NCBI GenBank assembly: GCA_016748015.1
Contig: JAAOMT010000741.1
Coordinates: forward strand, 824,943-888,942
Length of the DNA stretch: 64,000 nt
From: Geosiphon pyriformis uo1
Lineage: Eukaryota; Fungi; Glomeromycota
Direction of reading: 5' to 3'
The position numbers were made by a program, and so were the translations under genes. How positions within the stretch are numbered: the first letter of the stretch is position 1; the number at the start of each line of letters is the position of its first letter. The notes below the pieces were generated by a model that saw only the letters and a program-made list of their open reading frames with translations, did no database searches and was not told where the DNA came from. Shown piece after piece: positions 1-14,234 of this stretch.

Positions 1-2169
1 AATCTATAAAGGAACAAGAACATAATTTTATCAAACGTTTATTCGAAATTTACCTTCATATAAGAACAAATATGCTAGATGTTAATTGATAATTGGGAAA
101 AGAGTTAGAATGTGTTGAATTGATTTCATTCTAACTTTCTTTTAAATCAATTTACATTGGACTTACTCTTTTTGATCTTGTCTGTTTTCAAATACAGCCA
201 CTTAGCCCCTATTGTATTCCAAGTCAGGGTTGCTTAAACCAAATCTAATATTATCGTTATAGGCACATTTTCTAACAGACTTGCTAAATTATCACAATGT
301 CGGAACCTTTATTCAAAAAACAAAAATGAGCAGCAGTTAATGATGCTCTTCGTAAAAAAATTTGTCAATATTCCAAAAATCACTATGACACGAAACATGA
401 TAATATTGTAGCTTATTTCAATCATAAATATCCGGAACTTCATATTTCTCATCCAAGATAATCAAAGAGCATGCAAAGTAGTTGAATATTGAAATTGATG
501 AAATCTCAGAAAGATCTATTCGACATAAAAGCGATAAATTTCCATTATTAGACCAAGCTTTAAGTTATTGGGTAGAAAACAAGTAACTACCACCACTATC
601 TAATTCAATGATCAACTAATTAAAGAAAAAGGATAAGAATTTGCCAAACTTCTTGGTATGCACGAAAATGAAATGCAATTCTCAAATGGATGAGTTCAAA
701 AATTCAAAAAACGAAACCAATTATGTGTTTACCGATTTCATGGTAAAGCAGGAAGTGTATCAACTGAAAGTTTACCAAAAGAACGAAGAAAATTAAAAAC
801 CATAATATCCAAATTTGATCCTGCTGACATATATAATGCTGATGAAACAGGCTTATTTTTTCGTATGGGGCCAAATCAAACACTTGCAAAACGTCGAAAT
901 GCAGGAAAAAAATTGGTATATTATATTTACCAATTGTTATCATTATATATTATTGTTATATTAAATTAATTGGGTTTTTTATAGAATAAATTTCGGATTA
1001 TAATTCTTGCTACAAATTCAACTGGATCTCACAAATTGCAACCTTTAGTAATTGGACATGCAAAAAATCCAAGATGCTTTAAAGGAATTAATACTTCCAA
1101 CCTATCTGTAATTTACAAATTCAATTCCAAAGCATGGATGCGCTCAGAGATATGGAAAGCATGGCTCAAATATATAAATGAAGGCTTTCGAATTCAAAAT
1201 CGGCATATATTACTTTTGGTTGATAATGCAACTTCTTATCATACTCAAATCGGGGAAGATTCATTCAAATTAACCAATACTGTTTTCCTCCAAATACTAT
1301 ATCATATCTTCAACCAATGGATGCTGACATTATCAAATCTTTCAAAGGGAAATATAAGCACTTATATTGTCAACATATTTTACATCAATTTGAACAAAAA
1401 ATTAATCTTGAACAGTTAAGTAATATAATATATACAGTATTATTATCATTATATATTATATAATTTTATCTAATATTAATTTATTTTTTAGAAATAAATT
1501 AAACATAAAACAAGCATTAATTATGTTGTTCAATTATGGTTTCAAGTAACACCTGTTACAATTCAAAACTGTTGGCAAAAAACAGATATTCTTTTCTATA
1601 ATCAAGAATTAGAAATTCAAGAATCCGAAACATCAATTGCTATGGATATATTCAAAAATTTACCATCAAATGCACAACAATTGGTCAAAATTTTCGAAGA
1701 TTATACTGTAGCAGTTGATGAATTATTGGCAACTGAAAATATTCTTGATAATAATGAAATTGTAGATATGGTTTTAGCCGATGCTCAAATTGAAACCAAT
1801 ACAATTAATGACTCGGAAGAAGAATTAGAAGAATCTCCACCTGCTTTAATTACAATTACAGAAGCATATGAAGCATTAAAAAAGGTAATTAGATTTGAAG
1901 AGCAATTAGCAAAAGAAAATTTTAGTATAGAAAACCAAAATTTACTTAGAAAAAAATTATATGAATACGAAAAAATGAAGGAAAATTCTAAAAAACAGGT
2001 AACAATTAATCAATATTTTAATAATAATAATAATAATAATAATAATTGATTGATTTAATAAATAAATATAGTTTATTTGATAATAATTATAAAACTCTAT
2101 AATAGAACACCACTAAAATGGAACATAATTTGCATGTCCCAACTGTGTTCTTTTATAGAGGTCTGACTG
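1..2169 (+). mobile_element. pogo/Tigger-type (Tc1/mariner superfamily, CENP-B-like DDE) DNA transposon, decayed; left end probably just upstream of the window
   Basis: Transposase motifs are listed in the next feature. The right terminus reads gtgttcttttatagaggtctgactg (2145-2169) followed by TA, i.e. a CAGT... terminus with a TA target typical of pogo-like elements. The same motif recurs inverted at 2095-2110 (ctctataatagaacac) and at 3-16 (tctataaaggaaca). Confidence 0.85.
297..2049 (+). pseudogene. Tigger/pogo transposase pseudogene with two GT-AG introns (916-984; ~1415-1491)
   Basis: Manual translation gives an N-terminal CENP-B-like HTH region, IYNADETGLFF (~829-861), ATNSTGSHKLQPLVIGHAKNPRCFK, NSKAWM, LLVDNATSY, LQPMDADIIKSFK, W..VT..TIQNCW and an acidic tail. 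Removing 916-984 joins AGKKL|NKFRII in frame. Several stops and frameshifts. Confidence 0.85.
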
Positions 2170-3936
2170 TATATTTTTCATAATTTTCCATTTTTTTATA
2201 TAAGATTTTTCACAAATAAAACTTAAGGTAAGAATTTCTTACCTGACTCTTATTAAACAAATAATAAAACAATGGCAATGATTTTGTTACAAATTTAATT
2301 GTTACACTAATTTTATGTAGCATGAAACTGAAGATACAGCACCATTAACTTCCGATTAACGGAAGTGACCATGTACTAATTGTTTTAGCTAATTTTTTGT
2401 GAAAGATTCGGAACCACTTTTTAGTTCTTTGTCATCAAATTTAAGAATCCCCTTGAAAAATTTTAGCTCCCGGTGAAATGACATCACAGGAAATGATGCT
2501 CAGTAGCATTAGGGGTATTTGTTTAACCTATTCCTGAGAAAATTCTTTTCGGGCTGCTATATGTAGTTTATTTACAATACTCTTATTCAAAATATTCAGC
2601 ATTGACTCTAATGATTTTCGATTTGTAAAAACCTTATTTAGAAAATCGGAGACTTTTTTTTGCTCTGAAAAATGACGCTTTCCTTAGATGAAATGCTTAA
2701 TATCTTTTGTTGAGATCTAGTTTTCTTATGCACTAAACTCAAATGAGCGAAAGATAGCCATCAATAGACCATTGTTAAAAGATACTTTAAAAATTTATTG
2801 CGAAAATGAGTCAAGATGAAACGAGTAAATAAGGTTGGTTACAATGCGCGCTATCAGATGATTATTGTATAATCAATATTATAGTTTCTTCCAAGTTATT
2901 AAACAGGGAGAAAGTTTTATTCAAATATATTTTGGATGCAATGACTATAACAACATTTAATATTCCCAGAAATTTCAAACAGAGATTTTACTTTTTTTAG
3001 AAAAGCTAGCATAGAATTTTTCATAATTTAGACTAAAATAACATATTTAGTTATTTGAGCTAAATTGTTAGCTTTTATAACTTAATATTTTATTTTAGGG
3101 CTATAGCACACATTTTGAAAAAATCATTTCCATTTTTTCATGAATTATAATATCACATACATTTACATTTGAAATGTTGTTGATCTTATCTAATGATAAT
3201 CGAGAAATATAGAGTACGGAGAAAAAAATTTCTTCTCCAATCTATTTAGTATTATAATAGTGTTTATGCGTCATTTGAATGAAATTCCAGACTTTCAGGG
3301 TTTTAATATCAGGTTGATTATCCAATCCGCCATTTTTCTAAAAAAGAGGTTATCAAAATCAAATTATAAGGAATTCTCACGAAAAAATGAATAAGCTCTG
3401 GCCTTTTCATGCAAAACAAACTAGCAGTAAAACCTGGAATTAAGTATATCGAATAAAAACGCATTTTCAAATAAAAAATGATTCAAGTTTCCGCCAAGTA
3501 AAAGTCTAATTAGAAATCTCGAACGCGGATTTTCGGCGTGCTTTATTATCAAAGGGTGCGAATCAATGATAACGTTTGAATTTTGCAGGATTTCTTTAAA
3601 TAAATCAGCACTATTACACAAAGGTAATATTAGAGCATGACTTTTAGGGTTTACGGAAAATTTGCAAACCTTGTTACGATAAAAGACTAGAATTATCACT
3701 ATGAAAGGAATCATGTAGTAATAAAATTAACCCAAAATAGTTTCGAACAAGGGCCATTAGAATTTCTTTGTACTCGTGTAATTCCCATTTTAATAAGATT
3801 TGAAACAACGTTCACGCAATTTAAATCAAGCGCATTGATCATATTCTTTCTTTCATTATTTCCTGTCATTTTTTTTAGATCATTCTTTTATGCGACAATA
3901 TCTAGTTCGAGTTTAATTGGTTCACACCTTTAAAAT

Positions 3937-4893
3937 ATGTCAGTCTCAAGACGTCATATTACGACAGCTTGTCAAAATTGTCGTGAAAGGAAAACTCGAT
4001 GTTTGGGAAAGCCCCAATGTCAAAGATGTATTAAAATGCACCTAGAATGCGTATTTATTATACCATCCAGAAAACGAGGTCCACCCAAAGGAGTTATTTT
4101 AAAGGATTTTGTGGAAACAAAACAGTCCAGAATTCTCAGAATTGAGAAAGCATTAACTCTCCCTCAAATAAATTCTCACACATCCAACTTTTCATCCCCT
4201 CTCGATCCACCGCTTCATCATAAAACCTGGTCTAATTTGACAAAAATTTCCCCAGATTTATCTTCAGACCATAATTTGAATAATCAATTTTCTATAAATG
4301 ATCATAAAAATATAACTTCTTACAGCTCATTCCACGAAAGTTCGGCAATGAATCTCGGAAAAAAATTTAACGAAAATGGTAGGATACGTGAAATCAAAAA
4401 AAAAATACAATTTGATTTGAATGTTCAAAAAAACAATCTTTGCCTTTCTCATTCATTGCCCTTGAATTCTCCATTAGTTTCTATTCAGAATCAATTAAAT
4501 TTTATACCGGGTTACGAGAATCATTACGAAGGTTCTCCATATTGTGACCACAACTGTTCTTCATATAATCAGCATCATTCGATTTCATTGCCGAAGTTGA
4601 ATAGTTCAACAAATTTATGTGGTGTAAGCCAATCGGGTCTTTTCGATTTTGAATCTCTCCGACTTCCATCCCCTAAAAGAGATGATTCGGGGCATAGCAA
4701 CATTTTTTGGGGGGATACAAAAACGAGCCAAATCCTGCCAAATTCACCTGACTCCCCCAAGTCTTCGGCTTCATCTCCATTGACACCTGAGAATAGTTTT
4801 TTAAGATTTGGAACGTCATCTCGAAATTTGGAATTCAATAGGCTGGATTCAGTTGCTTTTGCTCCCACCTGGAAGCCAAAAAAAAGTTATTAG
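3937..4893 (+). CDS. Zn(II)2Cys6 (GAL4-type) fungal transcription factor, single exon, 318 aa
   Basis: N-terminal ACQNCRERKTRCLGKPQCQRCIKMHLEC matches Cx2Cx6Cx5Cx2Cx6C, followed by a basic RKRGPPKG linker and a Ser/Pro/Asn-rich tail. Intact ORF with normal CpG content. Confidence 0.92.
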   Translation: MSVSRRHITTACQNCRERKTRCLGKPQCQRCIKMHLECVFIIPSRKRGPPKGVILKDFVETKQSRILRIEKALTLPQINSHTSNFSSPLDPPLHHKTWSNLTKISPDLSSDHNLNNQFSINDHKNITSYSSFHESSAMNLGKKFNENGRIREIKKKIQFDLNVQKNNLCLSHSLPLNSPLVSIQNQLNFIPGYENHYEGSPYCDHNCSSYNQHHSISLPKLNSSTNLCGVSQSGLFDFESLRLPSPKRDDSGHSNIFWGDTKTSQILPNSPDSPKSSASSPLTPENSFLRFGTSSRNLEFNRLDSVAFAPTWKPKKSY

Positions 4894-6399
4894 GATTATT
4901 CTTACCTTGGATAAAGGTCCAAATGTATGTTTTTGATCCCTCTTCCTATAGTTTCTAAAATATTTTGTGGCCGAAAATTTTAATTATTATGATATAGGGA
5001 TGATTCTTTTTCTTCTTAAGCCTTGGAAAGTAATTTCATACCTCAAAACGATATGTTCTCTCAAATCTTTTAAGTTTCCATAAAATTTTCAATCGAACCT
5101 TTTCTATGATTCAAAATTAAGTATTATGATTTATCAAATTTGGCTCCATATTTTTCTTTTTCTGCGAGGTTAAGTTTCTTTTATAGCTTTTTCTCCTTTG
5201 TTTTTATTTACCAATCTCTGATTTTTTGATACAAGTTTGTTATTAAGCTAATTAAATTCTCGTTTCTATGTTCCTTAAAAACATGTTAAGGCGTACGAAA
5301 ATTGCTTCTCACAATATAAATACCGAACGAACCCTTTGAATTAAAATTATATTTCATCAAGAAATATAATTATTTGATTCGTGTACCAGCTCATTTTTAA
5401 TACTTTTGTTGCCTCATATTTATTTCAATCTTGTATTGATTTCTAGTAGCTTGATAATCATCTAATTAAATAGTTTTCTTGTTGCCAAAAAATCAACCCT
5501 ATATTTATGTTTTGAGCCAGCAAAAATTCGGAAGAGCAAGTGGCCGCAGACACTAAGCAAGACGCAGACGTAAAAGACTTATTAGACTTCGCTGAGTAAG
5601 AAAAGCTAGCAAAGTAAAACTAGTCCACTAGCTGCTTAAACGCTGGACAATCAAAAGATTAGAATATATTAACAAATAGTCAAAGTTGGCTCCTCAAAAT
5701 TTAAAAAATTTGCTTATATCTGAAGGTATATTTTTTGAATCTTTGGGAATTGTTTTTTGAAATCATTTAAGAGAAACAATTGAAATTTTTAGGTGATTAA
5801 AATGAAAAATAAATTCTTTGTTTATTCCTTAATAGATTTGATTTCAAAGTCTCCAGATACAAGTATAAAAAATTACAAAAGTAAGGCATTTAATACTTAA
5901 AAAAGTTTAATTTTGATTACTTTAATTAATTAGATTAAACGCGATCTCGCAAAATTGACTTAGAAATCACATATAAAACTTAATAATATAATATTTTTTG
6001 AACAAAAGTGAAACCGATCAATATTTATGTATCAATTGGCAAATTTTGGAATAAATCTATTGATAAGAAGTCCAATATTATCGTTAACTATTCTTACATT
6101 TTTATATTTTTATATATATTAATTTAATAGCTCAATATCAATATATATACAGATAATAAGCCAATGAAGAAACTTAATGTAACAATATATTTTGTTTAAA
6201 AATATTTTTGTATAGATCTTATGAATAAATCAAGATATCAATTATTTTGATATATGTAGTCTAAATACCTCGAAATTTTCTTGCCCAGTTTATTTGAAAA
6301 GTTAAAATCCTTTTTATTTAACTTTATTGAAAAGCGTATTATATCATTAAAATGAATCTAAACTATTTAATTAGAAAAAATTCTTACCAGCATTAGAAA

Positions 6400-9300
6400 A
6401 ATTAATTTTAATATACTAAATTACAAAAAGTAGAAGTTTATTGAAATTTAGATTTTTTTAAGGTTAATAAAAAAATTATTTTATTAAAATAGATATAATA
6501 TTTAAATAATAAATTTATTATAAAATAATTCTAATTCTAACTAATATTCATTATTAAACATTTTAACATTAATTGTTATTATTCATGTATTTTAATTTTT
6601 GAAATAATATGTTAAAATTGATGAATATTTATAATTGTTAAACAAATCATTTCTTATATTATTATTGTTATTAGTTTAGGTTTTTCATTTTCTGAATTCA
6701 ATAAATAAAAATTTGCTCTAATTATATAATTAACTTTTCAATCATTAAGTTCTGTTATTTTTGAACCATATGTTTTAATATCTTGCAATTTATTAGATTA
6801 TTTGTTTAAAACTTATTTGACATTTTTATTAGAAATAATAATGCAAATGTAATAAATAAACATTACATTGGTTGCAATTATTCTGAATATAAAATTTGAA
6901 ATTGCAACCATATAACATTTCAGTATTACACTGATTCCAACTTATAAAGATGTTTTATTGTGTTAAAAATAATTTTGGAATTTTTTAAATAATCTTTATT
7001 AAGTTACATAATTGAAAAAATTATTGTCAACCATAAAAATATGTGCATGTAATAAACTTGATATTGGTATTATTAAAAAAAAGTTTTCCTTTTTTGGAAA
7101 ATGTATTTAACAACAAAATAACAGTTTTAATACTTGAAATAAATACAAGTTACTAAAACAAATTTTTTTAGCCAAAAAAATTTCTTTATTTTCTTTTGCT
7201 AAAAACTAATAACTTTGCCATTGTTTAGTGATTAACTTCAATTTATTTTGAATATACTGGGCCCAAAATAAGTAATATTATAATTGATTTATAACTTAAT
7301 TCTAAAATTTTGGAAATTAGGTATAATACTATTAAAATTCAAATTTGTAACAATTAATATCTTAGATTAAAACTTAAATAAACTAAGTGGTTTTAAAATA
7401 TTTTAATTATTATACTTAAAATTTTCTACTGCTAAAAATTGTTTAAAAAAAGATAAATTTCTAATAGCAGTATACAAGCATTGGATTTAAAATTTTTTTT
7501 AATCGAATCAAAAATAGTTAAAACATGTTAAAGAGATAAAAAACTATTAATAATAGCATTAATAATTAATTAAAAACTTAAAAAATTAATTAATTATAGA
7601 TTTTAACAAAGTAAATAAAAAATTAATTTTAAATTTCAAAAGTTATATTTATTTTAATTAAACAAAAAATTGTTTTAATCAAGTATAATTATCTTAAAAT
7701 TAAAATTTTTGATTATTTTTCTTAAAAAATTTTAGCTATTTTTTATATAATTATAAATAATAATATGTAAATTTTAGAGTGTATATATCTATTTAATTAT
7801 ATTGTAAATTGCTATAAATTAGAATAAAAACTACATTTTTTATTTATATTATATTATTATAAACTTTTTGTATCAATATTTTGTTTTTAACCAAAACTTT
7901 GTAAAAAAAATTTTTATTTTTTATTTTTTATTTTTATAATTACAATTAATGCAAAAAGTAAAAAAATTGCAACATTTTTATTTTTTAAAACAATTGGTAG
8001 TATTTTATTAATAAAATACTTACAGCTATAAACTGCTTAATAACACTTTGTAAAAGTGTTTTTTTTAAATAAAATAATAATTAACTAGTTTTTTGCTGAT
8101 TCAAAAACACTCTTTTTATTTTTAATTAAAAGGTTTTTTTCTTTTAATGTTTTATCAAAAAAGTCTATTTAGAATAATTTTAATGTAATTTCTGTTTTCT
8201 TAAAAAACTTTAAAGTATTTAATAAAAATTTAGTAATCAAATTACTTTTTTTATTGCTATTTAAATGGCTAAAAAAACCTAAAAAAATTATTTTAAACAT
8301 TTGCTATATCTGATAGCAATTCTTTTAAAGTATTAAAAAATCTTCTTTTTGGTGTTTTTAATATTAATTTAGTGTTTTAATATTGGTTTTTTATTTTATA
8401 AAAAAAAAAGCTTTGATTTTTCCTGCTTTTTTTGGGTTTTTATTAGTATTGTATTATTTTTATTAATTATAATATTTAGCTTTATTGTGTCTGTAAATAA
8501 AATTTATTTATTTTAAACAATAATTTAGATTAAAACATTAGAAATTTGTTTTTGTATATCTTAATAATATAATAATATATTCAAAAACTTAAAATAAACA
8601 TAAAATTATTTTCAAAAAGTTTTTAATCTTTTTAGAAATACTGAATTAAAAATTAATTTTATTAAATTATTGTTTAAAAAACAATTTACCCAATTTTTAA
8701 GTTATTTTATAACAAAAAATAAATTTTTTTTACTCAGCTAAAGTTAAAAAAGTGCAAAAACTTTAATAATTCATAAATATTTTTGAGCTATAATTTTTTT
8801 TGAACTAATTTTCTATTATTGAAAGTTTATTAAAAAATTTTCTAAAATTACACATTTACTTAATTAGTTTTTATAAAAAAATATTAATTATTACTGAATT
8901 TTTTTTCAGCAAAAAACATTTAAAATTCTCAAAAAAAAACTAATTACCAAACTTATTTTAAAATAAATTGACTTTGACAAATCATTTTTTCTTTAAATTG
9001 ATGTTTCTAATATTTTTTTTAGTGCTCTTTTGTTTTAAAAAAATATAAAAAAATAAGTCATAATCTATGGTAATAAAATATTACAACAAACAAAAAAAAA
9101 CTATACAATTATTAAAAAAAAATGTTTGGAAATAATATAATTTACTAATTACTAGAACAAATATTTTATAAAAAAATAATTTAATGTTTATATTAATTAT
9201 TAAGCTTTAGTTTAATTAAAAAACCAAAAAAACTGGATTACAAAACTTTTTTTTTAAATTATATTTTAAAATAAATATAATTATAATATTAAATATTGCA

Positions 9301-9606
9301 AAAAAACAAGCAATTAAAATACAGATGTTTAGATAAACAGATTAGCAATATTAATTAAATTAATTATAAATAAAACACTTTAAACTAAATACAATAATAG
9401 ACTTAAAAAACTATTTAGCACTTATTAAATTTTTGAATAAAAAATAATACTTGTCAAAATATAATTAACAACAAAAAAAAATTTGCAAAAACAATCAAAT
9501 TTTTATTTAACTTATCAAACTAATTATATAAAAAAATTGAAAAAATTTTGATTGATTATAAAAAGTTATCTAATTTAAAAAAAAAAATTATAATATATAA
9601 TATATA
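6400..9606. mobile_element. Extremely AT-rich decayed retroelement relics, including a + strand Ty3/gypsy RT-RNaseH-integrase fragment (~8560-9600, family D)
   Basis: Recognisable remnants FQKVFNLFRNTELKI..QFL (RT end), DVSN..LF...VIIYGNKILQQTKKNYTIIKKKCL (RNaseH) and DLKNYLALIKFL (integrase start). 9320-9600 aligns by eye with 42100-42360. Confidence 0.6.
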
Positions 9607-12600
9607 TTTTTTTTTATTAAGCATTTATCAAATATAGCCCAACCATTACTTAAACTATAGCAATATACAAAATTCTATATTAAGTATGGCTCATGTGCTT
9701 CTTACATATAACTAGCCATTTGGGCCAATCAAGATAACACTAGACATCTAAACCACCAATTACTGAGAAGTTACTTAAAAAACTGAAGTATGCGCTAGAT
9801 AGACAAGAATATAAATTATAACATACGTGAACACCTAATCTGATACCAAAATCAAAGATTATACTGAGAAACCACAAAGAAGCCAGACCAGATACCACCA
9901 GTATTATAGACTTATTACATGACAAAAAACCACATTTCTCATAAAGCACTCTCAATTTGGTGGTTGGCAGCCATATAGCAGATCTATAACTCTTAGCAAA
10001 GCTTTGGACTAAACCAATTACTAAAGACTTACCATCAGAGCCACTACCCAGCAGACAAACTGTATTATCCACCCAATCCTTCAAAACAAAGCCCTTGGCT
10101 AAGAACATATATAAATGATTCAATGATTTAGTCTCTTATAGAAAGCAAATCACTACACTGTCAGCAGCATGAACACCAAGCAAACTAACCCAACAACCAA
10201 TAGTTGAAATCAACTCACTTCTAGCACCAGTATTATGAATGCAGAAGAATGTGTAATTGGAATTCTCAACCAACTCACACCAAATACATAGCATGTTCAG
10301 ATAACTTGGATTATAAAGCCTTTTCTTTTAGGCTACAGGAAGGTGGTTATGCATGGCTTTCATAAAATAGGATTAAAAACATGCAAAAAAGTAGTTGGTG
10401 AAGCCTAATCAAAACCAACTGTTAAGATGCTATACACTAAATGTACATTGCATATTAATCTCATTGCATAGCATACTTTCTACAGCATAGACAACACATT
10501 TGGCTTTTCAACTAACAAAGCTCATGACATCAAAAAAATGCTTAACAAAATAGTGGGTGTTCCCAGAGACAGACTTTCTTTCAATAGACAGAAAATGACA
10601 GAATGTTCTAACAGATAGCACAATGTTAAAACCAGTGACAATATTGGCCAATAAATCAGTGTGCTTATTGCTATAAACTTCAAAGTGGCCCTTAACTTTG
10701 TTTCAAACTACCAACAAGTTTTTTGATATAATGGCCTGCCAAATTCACTCTCTTTCAATTCAACATTTATTGCAAAAATTGGGACCAGTAAAATTTTTAT
10801 AAGAGGTACAAGCATCCAAGGATGTCTGACTGTCTGTAAAAAAAGTAATCAAACTGGAAACAAGAACACATTTCAAAACAAGAGTGATGGTGTGTAGTTC
10901 AGTTAGAGTTGACAAAAGCAAGCCACTTATCCCAATCCCTATACTATCATTAATATCAAAAAAGTAAGCAGTAGTATCACTGTAAGCATTTATAGAACCC
11001 AAACTTTTAATTGAGTCATCAGTATAAACCACCACACCATCTGAAGTGTTCTCAAAAAGACATTTACTGATAAAACTTAGACTAACTCGGCAACTACCAG
11101 GAGCTGGATTAGAAGCTAGAACATAACCATTGACCAAACTACTATTCCCAATGAATTTTGTTAATACACTAAACCAATTAAGAGCTGGACCTCTTAAATC
11201 CAGCCTTTTTCATCTGCAAAAATTACTCCATGTAAATCATGTGCCATAACAGTCTAAAAGCTGGTTTGTAAAAATGATGCCAAACTTCTTTAGCAAGCCA
11301 ACTATACTTATATACTGGCTCAAACCCAAAACATTAGCAACAGGTATGCCACTACCAGCCCAGAAAACATTCAGTAAAACATTGTCCAAAAAGAGCTTGC
11401 ATAACACCAGAGTGTTGGTCATGCCAGCTAAAAAGAAATTCACAAGATCCAATAACAACATAACCAGAAAACTAAGGGGTTGCCAGAGCATTCAATTAAT
11501 AGCCTGCAAATCCATCACCCTATGTTCAAATAATTTGCCAAGAATGTCTTTCAAATTAGCAAACAGTACCAAATTAGCGAAAGAGTTTTCGACTTGCAAC
11601 TGCCTAAAAGTCTTGAGACTATACAAATCAGATTGTAAAATGCTTTTATTGGAGAAATCCCTAGGCAAGTTGGTCTTGAGCTTCAGATCTTTTCTCAGCA
11701 GCCTATTCCATTTTTCACAAACATTCACAAAAGCATGACTAAACTGCAATTTATATCCAATAATAGGTTGTAAAACAGCAGATACTAAATAGAGAAACTG
11801 TTTATCAAAGACCACTTTTTTTAAGACCAAGTTAACAAAAAATTTCACATCCGACTGGGCCTTGGTAAGACTGGGCTTTGAAAGACCATTAGTGGATAAA
11901 AAAATTCCTAAGTATCTATAAGACTTGCTTTTCTTAGCAATTAAAATATCTGAATTACTAATTGTTAAATAAGGAGCCTCAACTTTGTAATTAATAAGTA
12001 TAGCTATCATTTTTTCAGTGTTAATTAAAATGTCATTGAAATAAAAAAATTTGCTAGCAATATCCAAGATATGCTGAGTAGCAGCCATGCTATTTCCAAC
12101 TCAGATAGTATTATTCACAAATGTCTCTGCAGCTAAATATAATGTCAAACCACTTTTGTGATCCCACTTGCCAGTTTGTGTAAAAAATTTTGAGTTTAGC
12201 CAATATTCAAACAAATTCTCATGTCTTTTAACCTCATACAGCAAGGGATTATAAAAAATTCTCTATAACAAAGGTGAGAAAACCTCACCCTGATCCAGGC
12301 CATCATGAACAATGTATTCATCAGTAAGTCTAAAATCTGTCATCATCTAATTAATGTGGTTATTATGTATGGTCCTAAAAAACTTAATGAAATGGGAACA
12401 CATTTTAATTCTGACCAAGTTGTTTCTTAAGTGAGACTATCCAACTGAGTTATAGGCTTTATGCATATCCTGAAGAACAAGTCACAATTCACAATTTTTT
12501 TCAAGTACATCTTCAATAACAAAGCCTACAGCAAAAATTGGGGTTTGAGTAGAAGTGCCCTTTAAAACTGAAAAATTATCTTAATGCAGCACATTATAAT

Positions 12601-13367
12601 TGCCACAAGCCAAAGAAATCCTATCAGACAGAATTTTGGACAAAATCTTCCTAGCTGTTTCAACCAATATTATTGGTCTCATATTAATGAAAGGCCTTTC
12701 TCAATCATAAGGCTTTGGTATCATAGAAATTCAGGCACTTTTCTATTGCTTAGAAACTGTATCAAATCTTAAACACTCATTCAAAATGTCCAGCAAGCCA
12801 CCAAGAATCTGCTGAATGCTATGTTTTCAAAGCTCATTAAGAATACCAGAAAAACCAGCAGCTTTCCCATTAGACAGAGATTTGACTACTTGTAAAAACT
12901 CATTAAGCCCAATATCACACATAATGCCTAAAAAAGCCATATTATTAACATAATTAAGAGGAGCATATTGGTTGAGCCAGTGAGCAAAAGTAGAACTAGG
13001 CACCAAATACTTTTTTATCCATCCTTCTATAATATTATTAACTGTTAATTTGATTATATGAGATTCTAAAACAAGCTTGTCATTTACCACTAAATGATCA
13101 AATACCACTTTTTGAACAGGGCAATCCAAGACACTTCTAATCATTCTACCCTTATCAGAACAAAAATTTTCCATATATTTGTCAATAGCTTTCCTAATAA
13201 AATTATTTCTGGCAGTCTTAAATTCACAGTATTTGGACTTGTGATAACTTTTCTTGACATATAACAAATGATATAAGACAACACCAAAACAACCACCACT
13301 TTTAATCAGACCATGAACTTTAATAGCTTTTTTTTCATCAATAGTAACCCATGTGTTAATAAGACAA
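9607..13367 (-). mobile_element. Non-LTR retrotransposon (LINE) ORF2 pseudogene: RT + RNase H + C-terminal Cys motif, 3' UTR and poly(A); 5' part missing where gypsy A inserted
   Basis: Minus-strand frames give KAAGFSGILNEL, RPIILLETARKILSKILSDR, LQDMHKAYNSV, GLDQGEVFSP, decayed (F)VDD, YRYLGIFL and RNase H VYTDDS...TELHTI...FTDSQ. ORF2 ends at 9740. A T9 run at 9607-9615 is the poly(A) tail. Confidence 0.88.
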
Positions 13368-14216
13368 TGTTACTCATAAGAAGTATATTAGCATATAAAT
13401 TAGCCAATCAGAAGTAGTTGTAGTAAATGTAAAATTCCAGGATTCCTCTCAAGAGAAATTGCAGGATTCCAGAAATTTTAGGATTCTCATACAAGGAATT
13501 GCAGAATTCCAGAATTCCAGGATTTCTCTTAAAAGGAATTGCAGGATTCCAGGAATTCCAGAATTTCTGGTGTAAAAAATTAAAGAATTGAGGAATTTCA
13601 ATTATATATATATAGCAGTAACATTAGAAGTAGAAAAGACAGACCTTCCAGTTTAGATTTGATCTAAAGAATCTTCTAAACTCACAAATATTAATAAATA
13701 ATTATTCTCTATCTCAAATGTACTCTCTACTATTAACACTTTATGTTGATAATAATTAATACTTAACTACACTGGAACAATAGCTCTTGATCACAGCTAT
13801 TGATGAGATACTAACTATTATTGTCTTGGCTTATTTTTTATTTTTTATTTTTTATTTCTTTTATTTTATTTTTTTTTTCTTTATTGTTATTACTAATTGA
13901 TTAAAAAATTAAGTACTGAGATACAGATATTATAGGAACTGGTAAAAGACCCATGATACAAGAGTAGAACACTTATAGACTTAAGGATAGCTTACCAGGA
14001 GGATTATTAGCCACTATGCTGAGAAAAAAATCGATGGAATTGCAATTCCAGGAGGCTATTGAAACAATTATTAAAATCTCTATCTATTATACAAAAAACT
14101 CTATAAAAAACCCTTTAGATCAACCAAACCTTCAGATACCAATAGCAAAATATTAATTAGGCACCAAGTTATAAATTTGTTATTTGATTTAAGACCCCAA
14201 ATAATTATCTATAACA
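13368..14216 (+). repeat. 5' LTR of element A (~850 bp, TG...CA)
   Basis: tgttac...ataaca termini. Contains a CCAAT box (~13402), a ~40-bp tandem array (~13433-13570) and TATA-like tatatatag (~13605). Similar to 23456-24091. Confidence 0.92.
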
Positions 14217-14218
14217 TT

Positions 14219-14234
14219 TGGTGCTCCCTGTGAG
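14219..14234 (+). promoter_or_regulatory. Primer-binding site of element A
   Basis: tggtgctccctgtgag lies 2 nt after the LTR and is complementary to a tRNA 3' end ...GGGAGCA-CCA (Ile(UAU)/Met-like acceptor, identity not confirmed). Identical in element B (34118-34133). Confidence 0.85.

Noticed and set aside
4575-4868. Antisense ORF within the Zn2Cys6 gene; likewise 11274-11738, 15059-15283 (Cys-rich), 30617-31259 and 53424-53646
   Set aside because: These are shadow frames of real coding or low-complexity sequence (the Cys run is the complement of the gag poly-Gln tract) or short chance ORFs, with no independent motifs.
13433-13570. Regular repeats in the LTRs (also 24710-24905 and 26315-26450) as a CRISPR array or heat-shock elements
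   Set aside because: They are head-to-tail tandem units without unique spacers, in a eukaryotic LTR. The GAA/TTC spacing mostly does not fit nGAAnnTTCn.
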